NCBI GenBank assembly: GCA_965199955.1
Contig: CBDATQ010000001.1
Span: forward strand, 576,001 to 640,000
Source: Spirochaetia bacterium
Lineage (GTDB): Bacteria > Spirochaetota > Spirochaetia > SZUA-6 > Bin103
Length of the DNA stretch: 64,000 bases
Reading direction: 5' to 3'
Position 1 is the stretch's first letter. Each line of letters begins with the position of its first letter. The notes below the pieces were generated by a model that saw only the letters and a list, made by a program, of their open reading frames with translations, did not search any database and had not been told where the DNA came from. The position numbers and the translations under genes were made by a program. Shown in pieces: positions 20,300 to 30,094 of the stretch.

Positions 20300-20497
20300 A
20301 TGGAGATGGCGGACATCAAGATCACGATCAGCGACAACGGACCCCTCCTGGTCACCGGGCCGGTGACCCTGCTGGACGCCCGCGGCAACCCGGTGGAAGG
20401 GGCCTCGGACAAGATGGCGCTCTGCCGCTGCGGCGCGTCGGGCAACAAGCCGTTCTGCGACGGCACCCATCGCGAGATCGGCTTCAGCGGAACGTAG
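20300..20497 (+). CDS. CDGSH iron-sulfur domain protein
   Basis: NGPLLV...LCRCGASGNKPFCDGTH. Confidence 0.92.
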   Translation: MEMADIKITISDNGPLLVTGPVTLLDARGNPVEGASDKMALCRCGASGNKPFCDGTHREIGFSGT

Positions 20498-20519
20498 CAG
20501 GCCTCCCGCCGGCAGCGCT

Positions 20520-21365
20520 TCAGGCGAACTCGTCGGAGCGCTGGAACATGCCGGTCGGCACGGCGTCGCCTGACGGGATCTTGCCGACCGGGTTGCGGGA
20601 CGGCGCCGTGCCGCGTGCGGGATAGGCTTCGAAGAACGGCCACTCGGCCAGATCGGCCTTCACGCGCGTGGGGCTGTAGCGGAAGGTGAGTCCCACGCGC
20701 GGGCGGCCGTCGCGGCTGGTCGTCGATCCGTGCACGAGGCCGATGTCGTGCAGGGACATCTGGCCGGCGCGCAGGTCCATGCTGACCACGCGGTCGTCAT
20801 CGATGCGCTCGGCGGGTATCTCCTGCGCCAGTGCGTAGTCGGCCCGTTCGCTGATCCGGTGCTCGAACGCGCCGTCGCGGTGGCTGCCGGCAACCACCTG
20901 CATGGCACCGTTGCCGGCGTCGGTGTCGAACACCGCCAGCCACACGGTGGCCGCTTCCAGCGGCGCAAGCGGCCAGTATTGGCCGTCCTGGTGCCACGGC
21001 ACGGTCTGCCGGCGATTGTCGGCCGAGGCGACGTCGCCCGCGGCGGGCAGCTTGCAAAAGAACTGCGCGCCCCAGCAGTAGAAGTCGTCGCCCAGCACGC
21101 AGTGCACGTAATCCAGGATGGGGTCGAAACGCGACAGCTCGTACACCCAGCGGTTGGCCTTGTGCCAGCAGTTGACCCGGTTGATGTCCGTGCCGGCCGG
21201 CAGCTTGGCGAGCAGCTCGCGGAAGCGGTCCTGCACGGTCTGCACCGATGCGTCGTCCAGCACCGGGAGTCCCAGCAGGTAGCCGTCCCGTTCGTAGCCG
21301 GCCACGGCCTCGGACGACAGCGGCGCTGCCCGGGCGCTGGCGGCGGGCGGCGGATGACCGGCCAT
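20520..21365 (-). CDS. Phytanoyl-CoA dioxygenase (PhyH) family
   Basis: YERDGY, PWHQDGQYW, GSH and LVHGS motifs. Confidence 0.9.
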   Translation of the reverse strand: MAGHPPPAASARAAPLSSEAVAGYERDGYLLGLPVLDDASVQTVQDRFRELLAKLPAGTDINRVNCWHKANRWVYELSRFDPILDYVHCVLGDDFYCWGAQFFCKLPAAGDVASADNRRQTVPWHQDGQYWPLAPLEAATVWLAVFDTDAGNGAMQVVAGSHRDGAFEHRISERADYALAQEIPAERIDDDRVVSMDLRAGQMSLHDIGLVHGSTTSRDGRPRVGLTFRYSPTRVKADLAEWPFFEAYPARGTAPSRNPVGKIPSGDAVPTGMFQRSDEFA

Positions 21366-21367
21366 CG

Positions 21368-22045
21368 CTACTGCCACCCGAAGCGCCGCGCCGCCTCCGC
21401 TGCGGTGAACTCCGCGCTTTCGGCGAAGCGCCGCTTGCCGTCCTCCAGGTCGATCACGGACTGCACGGCGGCGAGCGTCTCCTCGGCGCGGTCCAGCGGC
21501 ACCCGCAGGCAGCCGTTGCTGTCGGCCATGACCAGGTCGCCCGGGCGGATGCGGAGCTGGCCGACCGTGATCGGCGCGCCGACGCGCACGGGACGAAACA
21601 CGCCGTGGCCGGGCACCACCCCCCACGCGAACATCGGGAGCCCCACGTCGCGGATCCCGTCCAGGTCGCGAATGGTGCCGTCGACGATCACGCCGGCGAC
21701 GCCGAGCCGCTTGTGCATGACCGCCATCACGTCGCCGAACGACGCGCCGCGCCCCGGGTAACTGTCGACGTCACGCGTGACCACCACGTGGGGCCCTTCG
21801 GTTTCCTCCAGGTGGCGGTAATGGTCGCGCCAGCTGGCCGCCAGCGAATCGGGGTCATTGGTGGTCACCTCGACGGTGGCCGCGTAGCCGATCACGCTGC
21901 CCAGCTCGGGGAGCAGCGAGCGGATCGTGTGGTCGGTGTACTCCAGGTTCGGCAGGCCGAAACGCGTGACCATGGCGTTGAAGACGGTCGGCGTGTCGTG
22001 CGCTGCCAGCCCTGCGAAGACGTGGTCAGGTAGCCGTTGCATCAC
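21368..22045 (-). CDS. RraA family (HMG/CHA aldolase-like) protein
   Basis: DTPTVFNA, GYAAT, DGTIRD and PGDLVMADSNG motifs. Confidence 0.88.
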   Translation of the reverse strand: MMQRLPDHVFAGLAAHDTPTVFNAMVTRFGLPNLEYTDHTIRSLLPELGSVIGYAATVEVTTNDPDSLAASWRDHYRHLEETEGPHVVVTRDVDSYPGRGASFGDVMAVMHKRLGVAGVIVDGTIRDLDGIRDVGLPMFAWGVVPGHGVFRPVRVGAPITVGQLRIRPGDLVMADSNGCLRVPLDRAEETLAAVQSVIDLEDGKRRFAESAEFTAAEAARRFGWQ

Positions 22046-22103
22046 GCAGCGGATAGTACCCCATCAACCGATGTCGGCGGGTGCCGCTCAACCAGGCTTC
22101 TGC

Positions 22104-23558
22104 CTACCCGGCGATCGCGGCCAGCGCGTCCTGCAGGCCGACCGAGAGGTCGATCGCAAGCGCCAGGTAGGCGCCGCCCAGTGCGTGGACGGCCGCGATC
22201 GCGGCGTCCTCGGCTTCCTGCAGCGGCAACGCCGCGTCGGCCAGCCCCGTGTCGCTGAGCGCGCCGGCGGCATGCCGGCGGGCCGCCTGATCGGCCTGCA
22301 GGGTGGCGCGTTCCCGGCGCAGCGCGGCCAGCTCCTCGGCCGCGATGGCGCGCTCCAGGTCGAGCCGCGACCGCTGCAGGCCGCTCTGGGCCGCGCTCTG
22401 TGCGGTGACCAGCGCCCGCTGCGCGGAGTCCACCCGCGCCTCCGCCTGCTGCACGGCGATCGCCTGCTTGCCGCCGTCGTACAGCGTGTAGCTGCCGGTC
22501 ACCGATACGCTCAAGCCTCCCAGGCCCGGGGGCCCGGAGCCCTTGGAGTAGGCGAGCGTCAGGGACAGGGACGGGAGCGACCCGCGTTGCGCCTGCGCAA
22601 GCTGCAGCCGTGCTGCATCGAGCTGCGCCCGCGCCTCCAGCACTGCCAGGGCGCTGTCGGGATCGGCCATGCCCGCGGATGTCTCCAGCAGGTCGCGCGC
22701 CGCTCGGCGCAGCGCACCGGCTTCGACCGACGGAGCGATCAGCGCGGTCTCCGGCAGACCCAGGTCGGCGAAGAACGCCGCGGTGTCCAGCGCCAGCGAC
22801 GCGCGCGCGTCGGCGACGGCATTGCGCCGTTCGATGGCAGTGATGCGGGCGCCCAGCAGCGCGATCCGGTCGGCCGCCTGCTGCTCCACGAGCGACCGTG
22901 TGTTGGCCAGCTCGCGCTCCGCGATGGCCAGGCGCTCCTCGGCAACGGCCAGCGCCGCCGCGCGTTCGGTCAGGCTCACGAAGGTCAGGGCGACCTGTTG
23001 CGCCACGTCGCTCTGCGTGGTCCGCACGCGCAGCCGGGCCAGACGCAGGTCGTCGCGGCGCCCCGCCAGGGCCACGGCGGTCGGCGACAACCGGCCGGCC
23101 GGCAGCAGGTCCTGGGAGATGGAGACGCTCTGCGCGTCCGTGAACCGCTCCTCGTCGCTCGTTCCGCGGCGGTCCAGGTCGTCCAGCTCGACCCCGGCGG
23201 TGTAGGAGCCGGCGATGCTCATCCCCCACGGCAACTCCACCTCCGCCGACAGCGTGCCGCTGGCGTCCGCGTCGAAGGTCTCGACCACGTCCTCGAAGGT
23301 GCCGTCCTCCCATGGGGCCAGGCTGACGCCGCCGCTGGCGGGGGTGGCGCGCACCGACACGGACACGCCGCCGTGGTCGATCTCCGCCAGGCGCAGCGAG
23401 AGCGCCGCCGACTCCAGGGCCGCTCGCGCCTGAACCACCGACGGGTGGAAGGCAAGGGCGGCCCGGATCGCGGCGGTCAGGTCGAGACCCTGGGCGGCTG
23501 CCGGAGACGCCGCGACGACGAGCGTGGCAAGCGCCGGCAGCCAGAACCGTCGGCTCAC
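22104..23558 (-). CDS. TolC family outer-membrane protein
   Basis: Signal peptide, helical repeats, LPSLSL and YTLYDGG motifs. Confidence 0.78.
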   Translation of the reverse strand: MSRRFWLPALATLVVAASPAAAQGLDLTAAIRAALAFHPSVVQARAALESAALSLRLAEIDHGGVSVSVRATPASGGVSLAPWEDGTFEDVVETFDADASGTLSAEVELPWGMSIAGSYTAGVELDDLDRRGTSDEERFTDAQSVSISQDLLPAGRLSPTAVALAGRRDDLRLARLRVRTTQSDVAQQVALTFVSLTERAAALAVAEERLAIAERELANTRSLVEQQAADRIALLGARITAIERRNAVADARASLALDTAAFFADLGLPETALIAPSVEAGALRRAARDLLETSAGMADPDSALAVLEARAQLDAARLQLAQAQRGSLPSLSLTLAYSKGSGPPGLGGLSVSVTGSYTLYDGGKQAIAVQQAEARVDSAQRALVTAQSAAQSGLQRSRLDLERAIAAEELAALRRERATLQADQAARRHAAGALSDTGLADAALPLQEAEDAAIAAVHALGGAYLALAIDLSVGLQDALAAIAG

Positions 23559-24607
23559 CGGCTCTCCCAGACCGCCAGCACGTCGGTGCCGGCGGCGTCA
23601 TGCAGTCGGATCCACGCGAAATAGGCCGCCCACTGCGCCGCGCGCAGCGCGTCCTCCGCGCCCACCAGGTCGGCCTGCGAGGAGGCGAGCTGGGACTCGG
23701 TGAGCAGGCCGGCGTCGAACTGCTCCTGGGTGCGCCGGGTGTTCTCCGCCTGCAGCTCGAGTTGCAATTCGCGCAAGGTCACGGTGCCGAGCGCCTGCTG
23801 CGCGCTGGCATAGGCGCTGGCAGTCGCGAGCTGCAAGTCGGAGGCGGTGCTCTCCACGGTGGCCCGGCTGCTGGTCACGGTGTTGGTGGCGGTCAGCAGG
23901 TCCAGCGGCGAGGTGCCCTGCATGGACTTCAACTTCAGGTCCAGCTCGTCGATCTCGAGCTGCCGGGCAGCGAAGTCGTGCTCGGCCCGTTCCGCCGTCG
24001 TCGCAAGAAAGGAGTCGAGGGCGCCGGGATCGGACACGGCCGGCGGCTGCGACGTGAGCACCGCCGCGTCCAGCACGGCCATGTCGATGCCGGTGGCGTC
24101 CGCCAGGTCGGGCAGCGTGGTGAACTGGCGCGTGTTGCGCGCGCCCGCCAGGTTCAGATCCGCGCTGAGCGCCGCCACGCGGGCCTGCAGCTCGGTGACC
24201 GGGCTGGCGGCGCCGATCTCGACGCGCTCGGCGGCCTGCTGGAGGTCGAGCTGTGCCAGCCGCAGGCGCTCTTCCAGCATGCTCAGGTTCTCATTGGCCT
24301 GCTGCAGGCGCACGTACGCCTCCGCCAGCGACAGCAGCTCGCGTACGGTTGCCTGCCCGAAGGTGAGCTGCGCGCGCTCCCACTGCAGCTCGGCCTTGAT
24401 CTGGTCCAGGCGCGCGTCCGAGGAGGCGATTGAGCGGTCGTAGGCGACGCGGGAGTTCTCCAGCGTCAGCGCCGCCGACTGCAGTGTCGGGTTGGCCGCT
24501 TCGGCGGTGGTCAGCATCCCGGTGATGGACAGCTCCTCCGCGCCAGCGGGAAGCGCGAGCGCCGCCAGCAGGGCGACGAGAACCGGTAGCAGGGTGCGAG
24601 TCTTCAT
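23555..24607 (-). CDS. TolC family protein
   Basis: GGAGGA RBS, signal peptide MKTRTLL..., coiled-coil repeats with FDAGLLT; coupled to the downstream TolC. Confidence 0.72.
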   Translation of the reverse strand: MKTRTLLPVLVALLAALALPAGAEELSITGMLTTAEAANPTLQSAALTLENSRVAYDRSIASSDARLDQIKAELQWERAQLTFGQATVRELLSLAEAYVRLQQANENLSMLEERLRLAQLDLQQAAERVEIGAASPVTELQARVAALSADLNLAGARNTRQFTTLPDLADATGIDMAVLDAAVLTSQPPAVSDPGALDSFLATTAERAEHDFAARQLEIDELDLKLKSMQGTSPLDLLTATNTVTSSRATVESTASDLQLATASAYASAQQALGTVTLRELQLELQAENTRRTQEQFDAGLLTESQLASSQADLVGAEDALRAAQWAAYFAWIRLHDAAGTDVLAVWESR

Positions 24608-24626
24608 GGAATTCCTCCAACAGGGG

Positions 24627-26153
24627 TCATCCGCGGAGGCCTTGCCCAAGGCCCGCGGATGGGGTCGAGGCGAGATCGGCCGCCGATGGCGCGGCGAGCA
24701 GATCCTTCGAAACCGTGGCGGGCTCAACGCCCGCCGCGGCGTGCTGCACATCGGTAGGGATCACCTCCGTGCCCATTATACGGTGCTGCCCATCGCCGGC
24801 CGAGATCAGCCGCGCGGGGACCGTGATCACGAACGTCGTTCCGGGCGGCTGCCGGCTGTCCACCTCGAGGCTGAAGCCGTGCGCGTCGGTGATGCTGCGC
24901 GCGATCGACAGGCCCAGTCCGAAGCCGGAGGAGGTGCCGGCGCCGCGGTAGAACGGGTCGAACAGGTGGGGCCGGTCCTCCGCGGCGATGCCGGGGCCGG
25001 AGTCGGCGATACGCACCTCGACGTCGCCGCCGTCGGCGACGGACGCAGACACGGTCACGGTGCCGTCCTCCGGCGTGAAGCGCAGGGCGTTGTCCAGGAT
25101 GTTCTCGTACGCGCGCGACAGCAGCGTGGCATCCAGAGGCGCCTCCAGTCGTTGGGGAATGCGGACTTCGTGCCGCAGGCGCCGCTTCAGCACGGCGGCG
25201 TCGCCGGCGACTCCCGCGCAGAGCTTGCGGTGGAACGCGGCCAGTCCGGTCGGAACCGGCTCGATGTGCCACTGGCTGGACGACAGCCGCACGTACTCGA
25301 TCAGCTCGCTGACGCGCGCGCCGAGCAGGTCCGCCTTCTCGGCGATGATTTCCAGGTACCGGTCACGGGTCTCGCGATCCTCGGCCATGCCGTCGGCGAT
25401 CGCCTCCAGGTAGCCCTTGATCGCCGTGAGCGGCGTCTTCACGTCGTGCGTCACCGCGGCCAGCAGCCGCGAACGGCGCTCGGTCTCCTCCTTGAGGGCG
25501 CCGCGCATGGCGTCGAACGACCGCGCCAGCGACGCCAGCTCCGAGTTGCCGCGAGCGTCCAGCTCGAAGTCCAGGTCGCCGTCGGCGACCCTGCGGGTGG
25601 CGCGCTGCAGGCGCGTGACCGAGCGGTTGACCCCGGTGGCGATGATCCAGGCCCCGCCGGCGGCGATCACCGCCAGCGGCAGGAAGATCGCCAGCCCGTA
25701 GCGCAGCATCCAGACCAGCCGGCCGTGCCGCGCCAGCGCCGGGATCGCCTGGCCCGGCACGCTCAACAGAAAGGTGCCGGCCAGCTCGCCGTCCCGGAAC
25801 AGGGGTTCCAGCATGGTGCGGATGTCCGGGTCCCGGCGGGAGGCGTGCAGCAACTCGCGCGGGTCCACCGCGGCGCCGCGGCCGTACTCCGTGCCGGTAG
25901 AGAACAGCACCAGGTTCTCGGTGTCCAGGACGGTCAGGGCGACCCCGTCGGGCAGGTCGATGCTCGCCTGCTCCCCGGCCAGCACCCGCGGCAGGTCGTC
26001 GCGGATCACGCGCATCGCCAGCGGGAAGTCGCGCTGAGCCACGTCCGTACGCTGGCGCAGCAGGGTGCTGGCGACGGCGAAGATGGCGGAGACCAGCACC
26101 GGCGACAGGGCGACCGCGGCCACCAGCAGCAGGAGCTGCGTGCGCAGCCTCAA
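24627..26153 (-). CDS. HAMP-domain sensor histidine kinase
   Basis: THDVKTPL H-box, NILDNALRF, DSGPGI and GFGLGLSI motifs; TTG start overlaps the regulator stop. Confidence 0.92.
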   Translation of the reverse strand: MRLRTQLLLLVAAVALSPVLVSAIFAVASTLLRQRTDVAQRDFPLAMRVIRDDLPRVLAGEQASIDLPDGVALTVLDTENLVLFSTGTEYGRGAAVDPRELLHASRRDPDIRTMLEPLFRDGELAGTFLLSVPGQAIPALARHGRLVWMLRYGLAIFLPLAVIAAGGAWIIATGVNRSVTRLQRATRRVADGDLDFELDARGNSELASLARSFDAMRGALKEETERRSRLLAAVTHDVKTPLTAIKGYLEAIADGMAEDRETRDRYLEIIAEKADLLGARVSELIEYVRLSSSQWHIEPVPTGLAAFHRKLCAGVAGDAAVLKRRLRHEVRIPQRLEAPLDATLLSRAYENILDNALRFTPEDGTVTVSASVADGGDVEVRIADSGPGIAAEDRPHLFDPFYRGAGTSSGFGLGLSIARSITDAHGFSLEVDSRQPPGTTFVITVPARLISAGDGQHRIMGTEVIPTDVQHAAAGVEPATVSKDLLAAPSAADLASTPSAGLGQGLRG

Positions 26154-26866
26154 GAGGAGTCCTCCGGGGTCGGGTTGAACCGGTAGCCGACGCCGCGCAC
26201 GGTCTGCACCCAGCGGGCACCGTCGTCGCCAAGCTTCTTGCGGATGCGCTGCACGTGCACGGTGACCGTCGACAGGTCGCCGAAACGGTTGCCCCACACG
26301 CGGTCGTAGATCTGCTCGGCAGTGAACACCTGCCCGGGCGAGGCGGCCAGCATCGCCAGCAGCTCGAACTCCCGGCGCGCCAGGTTGAGGGGCTGTCCGT
26401 CGAGCGTTGCGGCGTACCCGTCGGGGTCGATGGCAAGCGGCCCATAGCGCAGGCCGGGCTCGGCCGCCTCCGCCGACGCACGCCGGCGGCGCAGGTGGGC
26501 GCGCACGCGGGCGGTCAACACCTTGGGGGAGAACGGCTTGGTGACATAGTCGTCGGCGCCGACGCCGAAGGCGAATATGCTGTCCTCTTCGGCGTCGCGG
26601 GCGGTCAGGACCAGCACTGGCAGGTCGTGGCGGCGGCGCAGGTCGGCCAGCAGCTCGAATCCGTCCCTGCCGGGAAGATTGACGTCCAGCAGCAACAGGT
26701 CGAATTCCTGCTCCTCGATGGCGGGCAGCGCTCCCTCGGCCGAGTCCTTTACCGTGACCTCGACGCCTTCCTTCTCCAGGTACATGCGCAGCAGTTCGCT
26801 GATGGCGCGATCATCCTCCACGACCAGCACCTTCCCCTGCACCGTTGCGGTTTCCGCCGAGAGCAT
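26150..26866 (-). CDS. OmpR/PhoB family response regulator
   Basis: VVEDD, LDVNLPG, GADDYVTKPF and TVRGVGY motifs. Confidence 0.95.
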   Translation of the reverse strand: MLSAETATVQGKVLVVEDDRAISELLRMYLEKEGVEVTVKDSAEGALPAIEEQEFDLLLLDVNLPGRDGFELLADLRRRHDLPVLVLTARDAEEDSIFAFGVGADDYVTKPFSPKVLTARVRAHLRRRRASAEAAEPGLRYGPLAIDPDGYAATLDGQPLNLARREFELLAMLAASPGQVFTAEQIYDRVWGNRFGDLSTVTVHVQRIRKKLGDDGARWVQTVRGVGYRFNPTPEDSS

Positions 26867-27040
26867 AGCGTGCCGGGCATAAACCGGGGCTTAACGGGTG
26901 CTGAAAGCGGACGGAACCCGCGCCGTAGCATCCTGGCCTCCATCATCGCAACGACCCCCTCCGGCCTGTTCCGCATCAGCCGCGTGAGGACGACTCAGTC
27001 GTTGATCGAAGGCGTGCCATTTTTACGCGATGATACGCGG

Positions 27041-27092
27041 ATACCTTGATAAAGTAAATTCATATATAAATATTTATAAGGTGTTCTAACTA
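27041..27092. promoter_or_regulatory. Extremely AT-rich patch with an imperfect inverted repeat
   Basis: ACCTTGATAAA...TTTATAAGGT flanking GTAAATTCATATATAAATA, between divergent genes; function unknown. Confidence 0.4.
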
Positions 27093-27241
27093 GGGGGCGG
27101 CTCAGGCTCATGCCGGCCGGTGAGCCGGCCGTCGCGGGCGCAGAGGCTGTACCGGCACGACCAGGTGCCGATTCTCCAAACTGGCCCGCTGCCGGTGACA
27201 CTTTCGGCCCACCGGCGGTACCATGGAGGTGAGGCAGAGCC

Positions 27242-27499
27242 ATGACCCCACCCGTCCGGACCGCGTTGCACGCTGTCTACGTGCTGGCCCTTCCGGTGCT
27301 GCTGGTCGGGATCTTCGTCGGCGGCTTCGTGTCACTGGCGGAGATCGAGGAGTACGAGGGCGTGCGCGAGCTCACCGTCTACGGCTCTCCGATCACGCCG
27401 CTGTTCGTCGGCGCGACCGCCGGTCCGGTGCTGCTGCTGGCCTACTGGCTGGTCCGCCACCTGTCCGGCGGCGGCAAGCGGTCCCGGCGCAAGCGCTGA
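27242..27499 (+). CDS. Small two-TM membrane protein
   Basis: GGAGGTGAGG RBS, two hydrophobic segments, basic tail. Confidence 0.65.
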   Translation: MTPPVRTALHAVYVLALPVLLVGIFVGGFVSLAEIEEYEGVRELTVYGSPITPLFVGATAGPVLLLAYWLVRHLSGGGKRSRRKR

Positions 27500-27515
27500 C
27501 CCCGGCCCGCAGCCG

Positions 27516-27965
27516 TCAGAGCCTCAGCTTCACGACCACCTTGACGGTCGGCACGGCCGAGTCGGCGACGCAGCCGGGCTTGTGCGCGTCCTGAGGGTAG
27601 AGCACGACGAACATGCCCGGTTCCAGGACCACGGGCAGGCCGCCGTCGTGGCGGAACAGCTCCGCGTCGCCGTCCGGCTGGTAGCCTCCGCCGGGCGGCA
27701 TCGCGCCTAAGTCTTCCCAGTACAGGGTCTCCCGGCCGGAGACGATGTAGTGCACGTCCAGCCAGGCGCGGTGCGCCTCGTACGGGAGCTCGGAGGGCAA
27801 CTTTGTGGTGTAGCGGTTGACCATCACGTACATGCGCTCACCGCCGACCTCGTGCCGGCCGGTGGCCAGCTCCTCGAAGCCGCCGCGGCGCAGGAACGCG
27901 AACGCATCCGCCAGTCCGTCGACGGCTGCGTACGTGTCGGCGTTGTTCAGCCGGTCCAGGATCAT
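27516..27965 (-). CDS. YhcH/YjgK/YiaL family protein
   Basis: MILDRL, YEAHRAWLDVH, PQDAHKP and KVVVK motifs; ATGA overlap. Confidence 0.9.
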   Translation of the reverse strand: MILDRLNNADTYAAVDGLADAFAFLRRGGFEELATGRHEVGGERMYVMVNRYTTKLPSELPYEAHRAWLDVHYIVSGRETLYWEDLGAMPPGGGYQPDGDAELFRHDGGLPVVLEPGMFVVLYPQDAHKPGCVADSAVPTVKVVVKLRL

Positions 27966-29140
27966 GGCAGTGCCCCCGTGCGCTCCACCGGCCAGCCGTG
28001 CTTGGCGGCCTGCACCGCCAGCCACTCCCGGTACGGCCGCGGAGCCGCATCCGGATCGCCCAGGCCGGCCTCGTGGCGCAGGCGCAGCAGCGGGTGGTCG
28101 CGCTCGGTCTGCGGCAGCGTGACCGGCCGCCGGTAGGCGCCGGACTCGAAGATCGCCAGGATGATCTCGATGATGTGGCGCCCACGGAGTCCGTCCGAGG
28201 GAGGGCTGCCGTCGGCGTCCAGCGCGTTGACGTAGTCGTCCACGTACCAGTACTCGCCCTCCGACACCCCGTCCGGCACTGGCGCCGGAGGCTGTTGCTC
28301 CGCCAGCGCCTCCCACTCGGCGCGGCCCGGCACCGCCCAGGGCACCGGCAGGATCCAGCCACCGTCGTAGTGCCAGCGCAGCCGCCCCTCGGTGCCGGCG
28401 ATCTCGAAGCCCAGCGCCTCCCGCTCGATGCCGGGGAACATGTGCTGGTGCAGGGTGCCGGTGAGCATCTGGTCGAACTCCAGTGTGGCCGTGATCTGCT
28501 GGCCGGCGATGGTCCCCATGCCGGACGGCGACTGCACCACGTCCTCGGCCGTGATCGGCCGTCCGTTCGTGAGCAGGGTGGCGGTCACCCGCCGGCACGG
28601 CCCGGTCACCGACAGCAGCCCGCTGAGCATGTGCGTGCCCATGTTCATCAGCTCGTAGCCGCCGTAGTAGCCCTTGCCGTTGGAGGTGACGTGCAGCGGC
28701 ACGCCGATGCGGCCCGCGTCCAGCGCCTGCTTGACGGCGCGGAGCGACCGCAGCGAGCTGCCCTGGTGGTGGACGGCGATCCGGGTGCCCAGCTCCTCGG
28801 CCCGCGCAAGCAGCGTGTCGGCCTGCGCCAGGTCGACCGTCATCGGCTTCTCCACGTCCAGGTGGCAGGGGCGGGCGGCCAGCACGCGCATGGCCAGCGG
28901 AAAGTGCAGGTCGGTCTGCACCGGCACGATGACGATGTCCGGCTCGACGGCCGCCAGCATCTGCTCGATGTCATCGAAGCGGGCGTGGACGCCGAGCTCG
29001 TCTCCCAGCGTGTCCAGTCGCTCCCGGTCCAGGTCGCAGAGCCCGACCACGTCGGTGCGCGGGTGATAGCAGTACGCGCGCGATGCGTGTCCGCCGCGGC
29101 TGCCGCAGCCCAGCAGCGCGGCGCGATAGATCTTCGCCAT
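27962..29140 (-). CDS. Gfo/Idh/MocA family oxidoreductase
   Basis: LLGCGSRG, VEKPM and MGTH motifs. Confidence 0.88.
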   Translation of the reverse strand: MAKIYRAALLGCGSRGGHASRAYCYHPRTDVVGLCDLDRERLDTLGDELGVHARFDDIEQMLAAVEPDIVIVPVQTDLHFPLAMRVLAARPCHLDVEKPMTVDLAQADTLLARAEELGTRIAVHHQGSSLRSLRAVKQALDAGRIGVPLHVTSNGKGYYGGYELMNMGTHMLSGLLSVTGPCRRVTATLLTNGRPITAEDVVQSPSGMGTIAGQQITATLEFDQMLTGTLHQHMFPGIEREALGFEIAGTEGRLRWHYDGGWILPVPWAVPGRAEWEALAEQQPPAPVPDGVSEGEYWYVDDYVNALDADGSPPSDGLRGRHIIEIILAIFESGAYRRPVTLPQTERDHPLLRLRHEAGLGDPDAAPRPYREWLAVQAAKHGWPVERTGALP

Positions 29141-29196
29141 GGCAGCCGATACTCGACCCGGGCGGTCCGCCGGTCAAGCCGCCGGGGTGCGCGCGG

Positions 29197-29955
29197 CTAG
29201 TCGGTGCGCGCCAGCATCCCGCCGTCCACCGTCAGCGCCGTTCCGGTGATGAAGGACGCCTCGTCCGAGGCCAGGAACAGCACGGCGTTGGCCACGTCCT
29301 CGGGCGTGCCCAGGCGCTTGGCGGGCACCATCTGCGCATAACGGACCTCCTGATCGGGCGGCGCCCCCTCCCACGGCGGCGTCAGGATCGCGCCGGGCAG
29401 CACGGCGCAGACGCGGATGTCCGGCCCGTAGTCGATGGCGAGGGTTCTGGTCAGGCCCAGGACACCGGCCTTGGCCGCGTCATAGGCCGTGCACGCGGGC
29501 AGGCTCACCATCGAGTGCACGGAACCGGTGTTGACGATCACGCCTCCGCCGGTCCTGCGCATGACGGGGATCCCGTACTTGGCCGCCAGGAAGATCGCCT
29601 TCAGACCGACGTTCAGGGTGTCGTCCCAGTCCTTCTCGTCCAGCTCGGTCGCCACGCCGTCGCGCACCCGGATGGCGTTGTTGTGCACGATGTCGACCCG
29701 TCCGAATGCCTCCTCGGTGCGCGCGAACATGCCGATGACGTCATCGCGCGCGCCGACGTCGGTACGGACGACGATCGCCGTGCCGCCCGCGGCCCGTATC
29801 TCGCCGGCGACCCGCCGGCCCCCGGCCTCATCGACGTCGGCGATGCAGACCGAGGCGCCTTCACGCGCCAGGACCTCCGCGGTGGCCCGGCCGATTCCCG
29901 AAGCGGCGCCCGTAACGATGGCCGCCTTGCCGGCGACTCTTCCCGTGGTGCTTAT
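29197..29955 (-). CDS. Short-chain dehydrogenase/reductase (start uncertain: ATA 29955 or ATG 30021)
   Basis: GKAAIVTGAASGIG, HNNA, YDAAK and VDGG motifs. Confidence 0.88.
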   Translation of the reverse strand: MSTTGRVAGKAAIVTGAASGIGRATAEVLAREGASVCIADVDEAGGRRVAGEIRAAGGTAIVVRTDVGARDDVIGMFARTEEAFGRVDIVHNNAIRVRDGVATELDEKDWDDTLNVGLKAIFLAAKYGIPVMRRTGGGVIVNTGSVHSMVSLPACTAYDAAKAGVLGLTRTLAIDYGPDIRVCAVLPGAILTPPWEGAPPDQEVRYAQMVPAKRLGTPEDVANAVLFLASDEASFITGTALTVDGGMLARTD

Positions 29956-30094
29956 GGCAGTCCGGTCCCCTTCGATTATGGAGAGCTTAGGGATCTTATC
30001 GATTTCTTGTAAGATCCACATACGTACGTGGCCGGACTGGCAGGGAGCCTGATGGCTTCTCTCCCGCGGCCGGCGGCAGTACGTTGACCATGCG

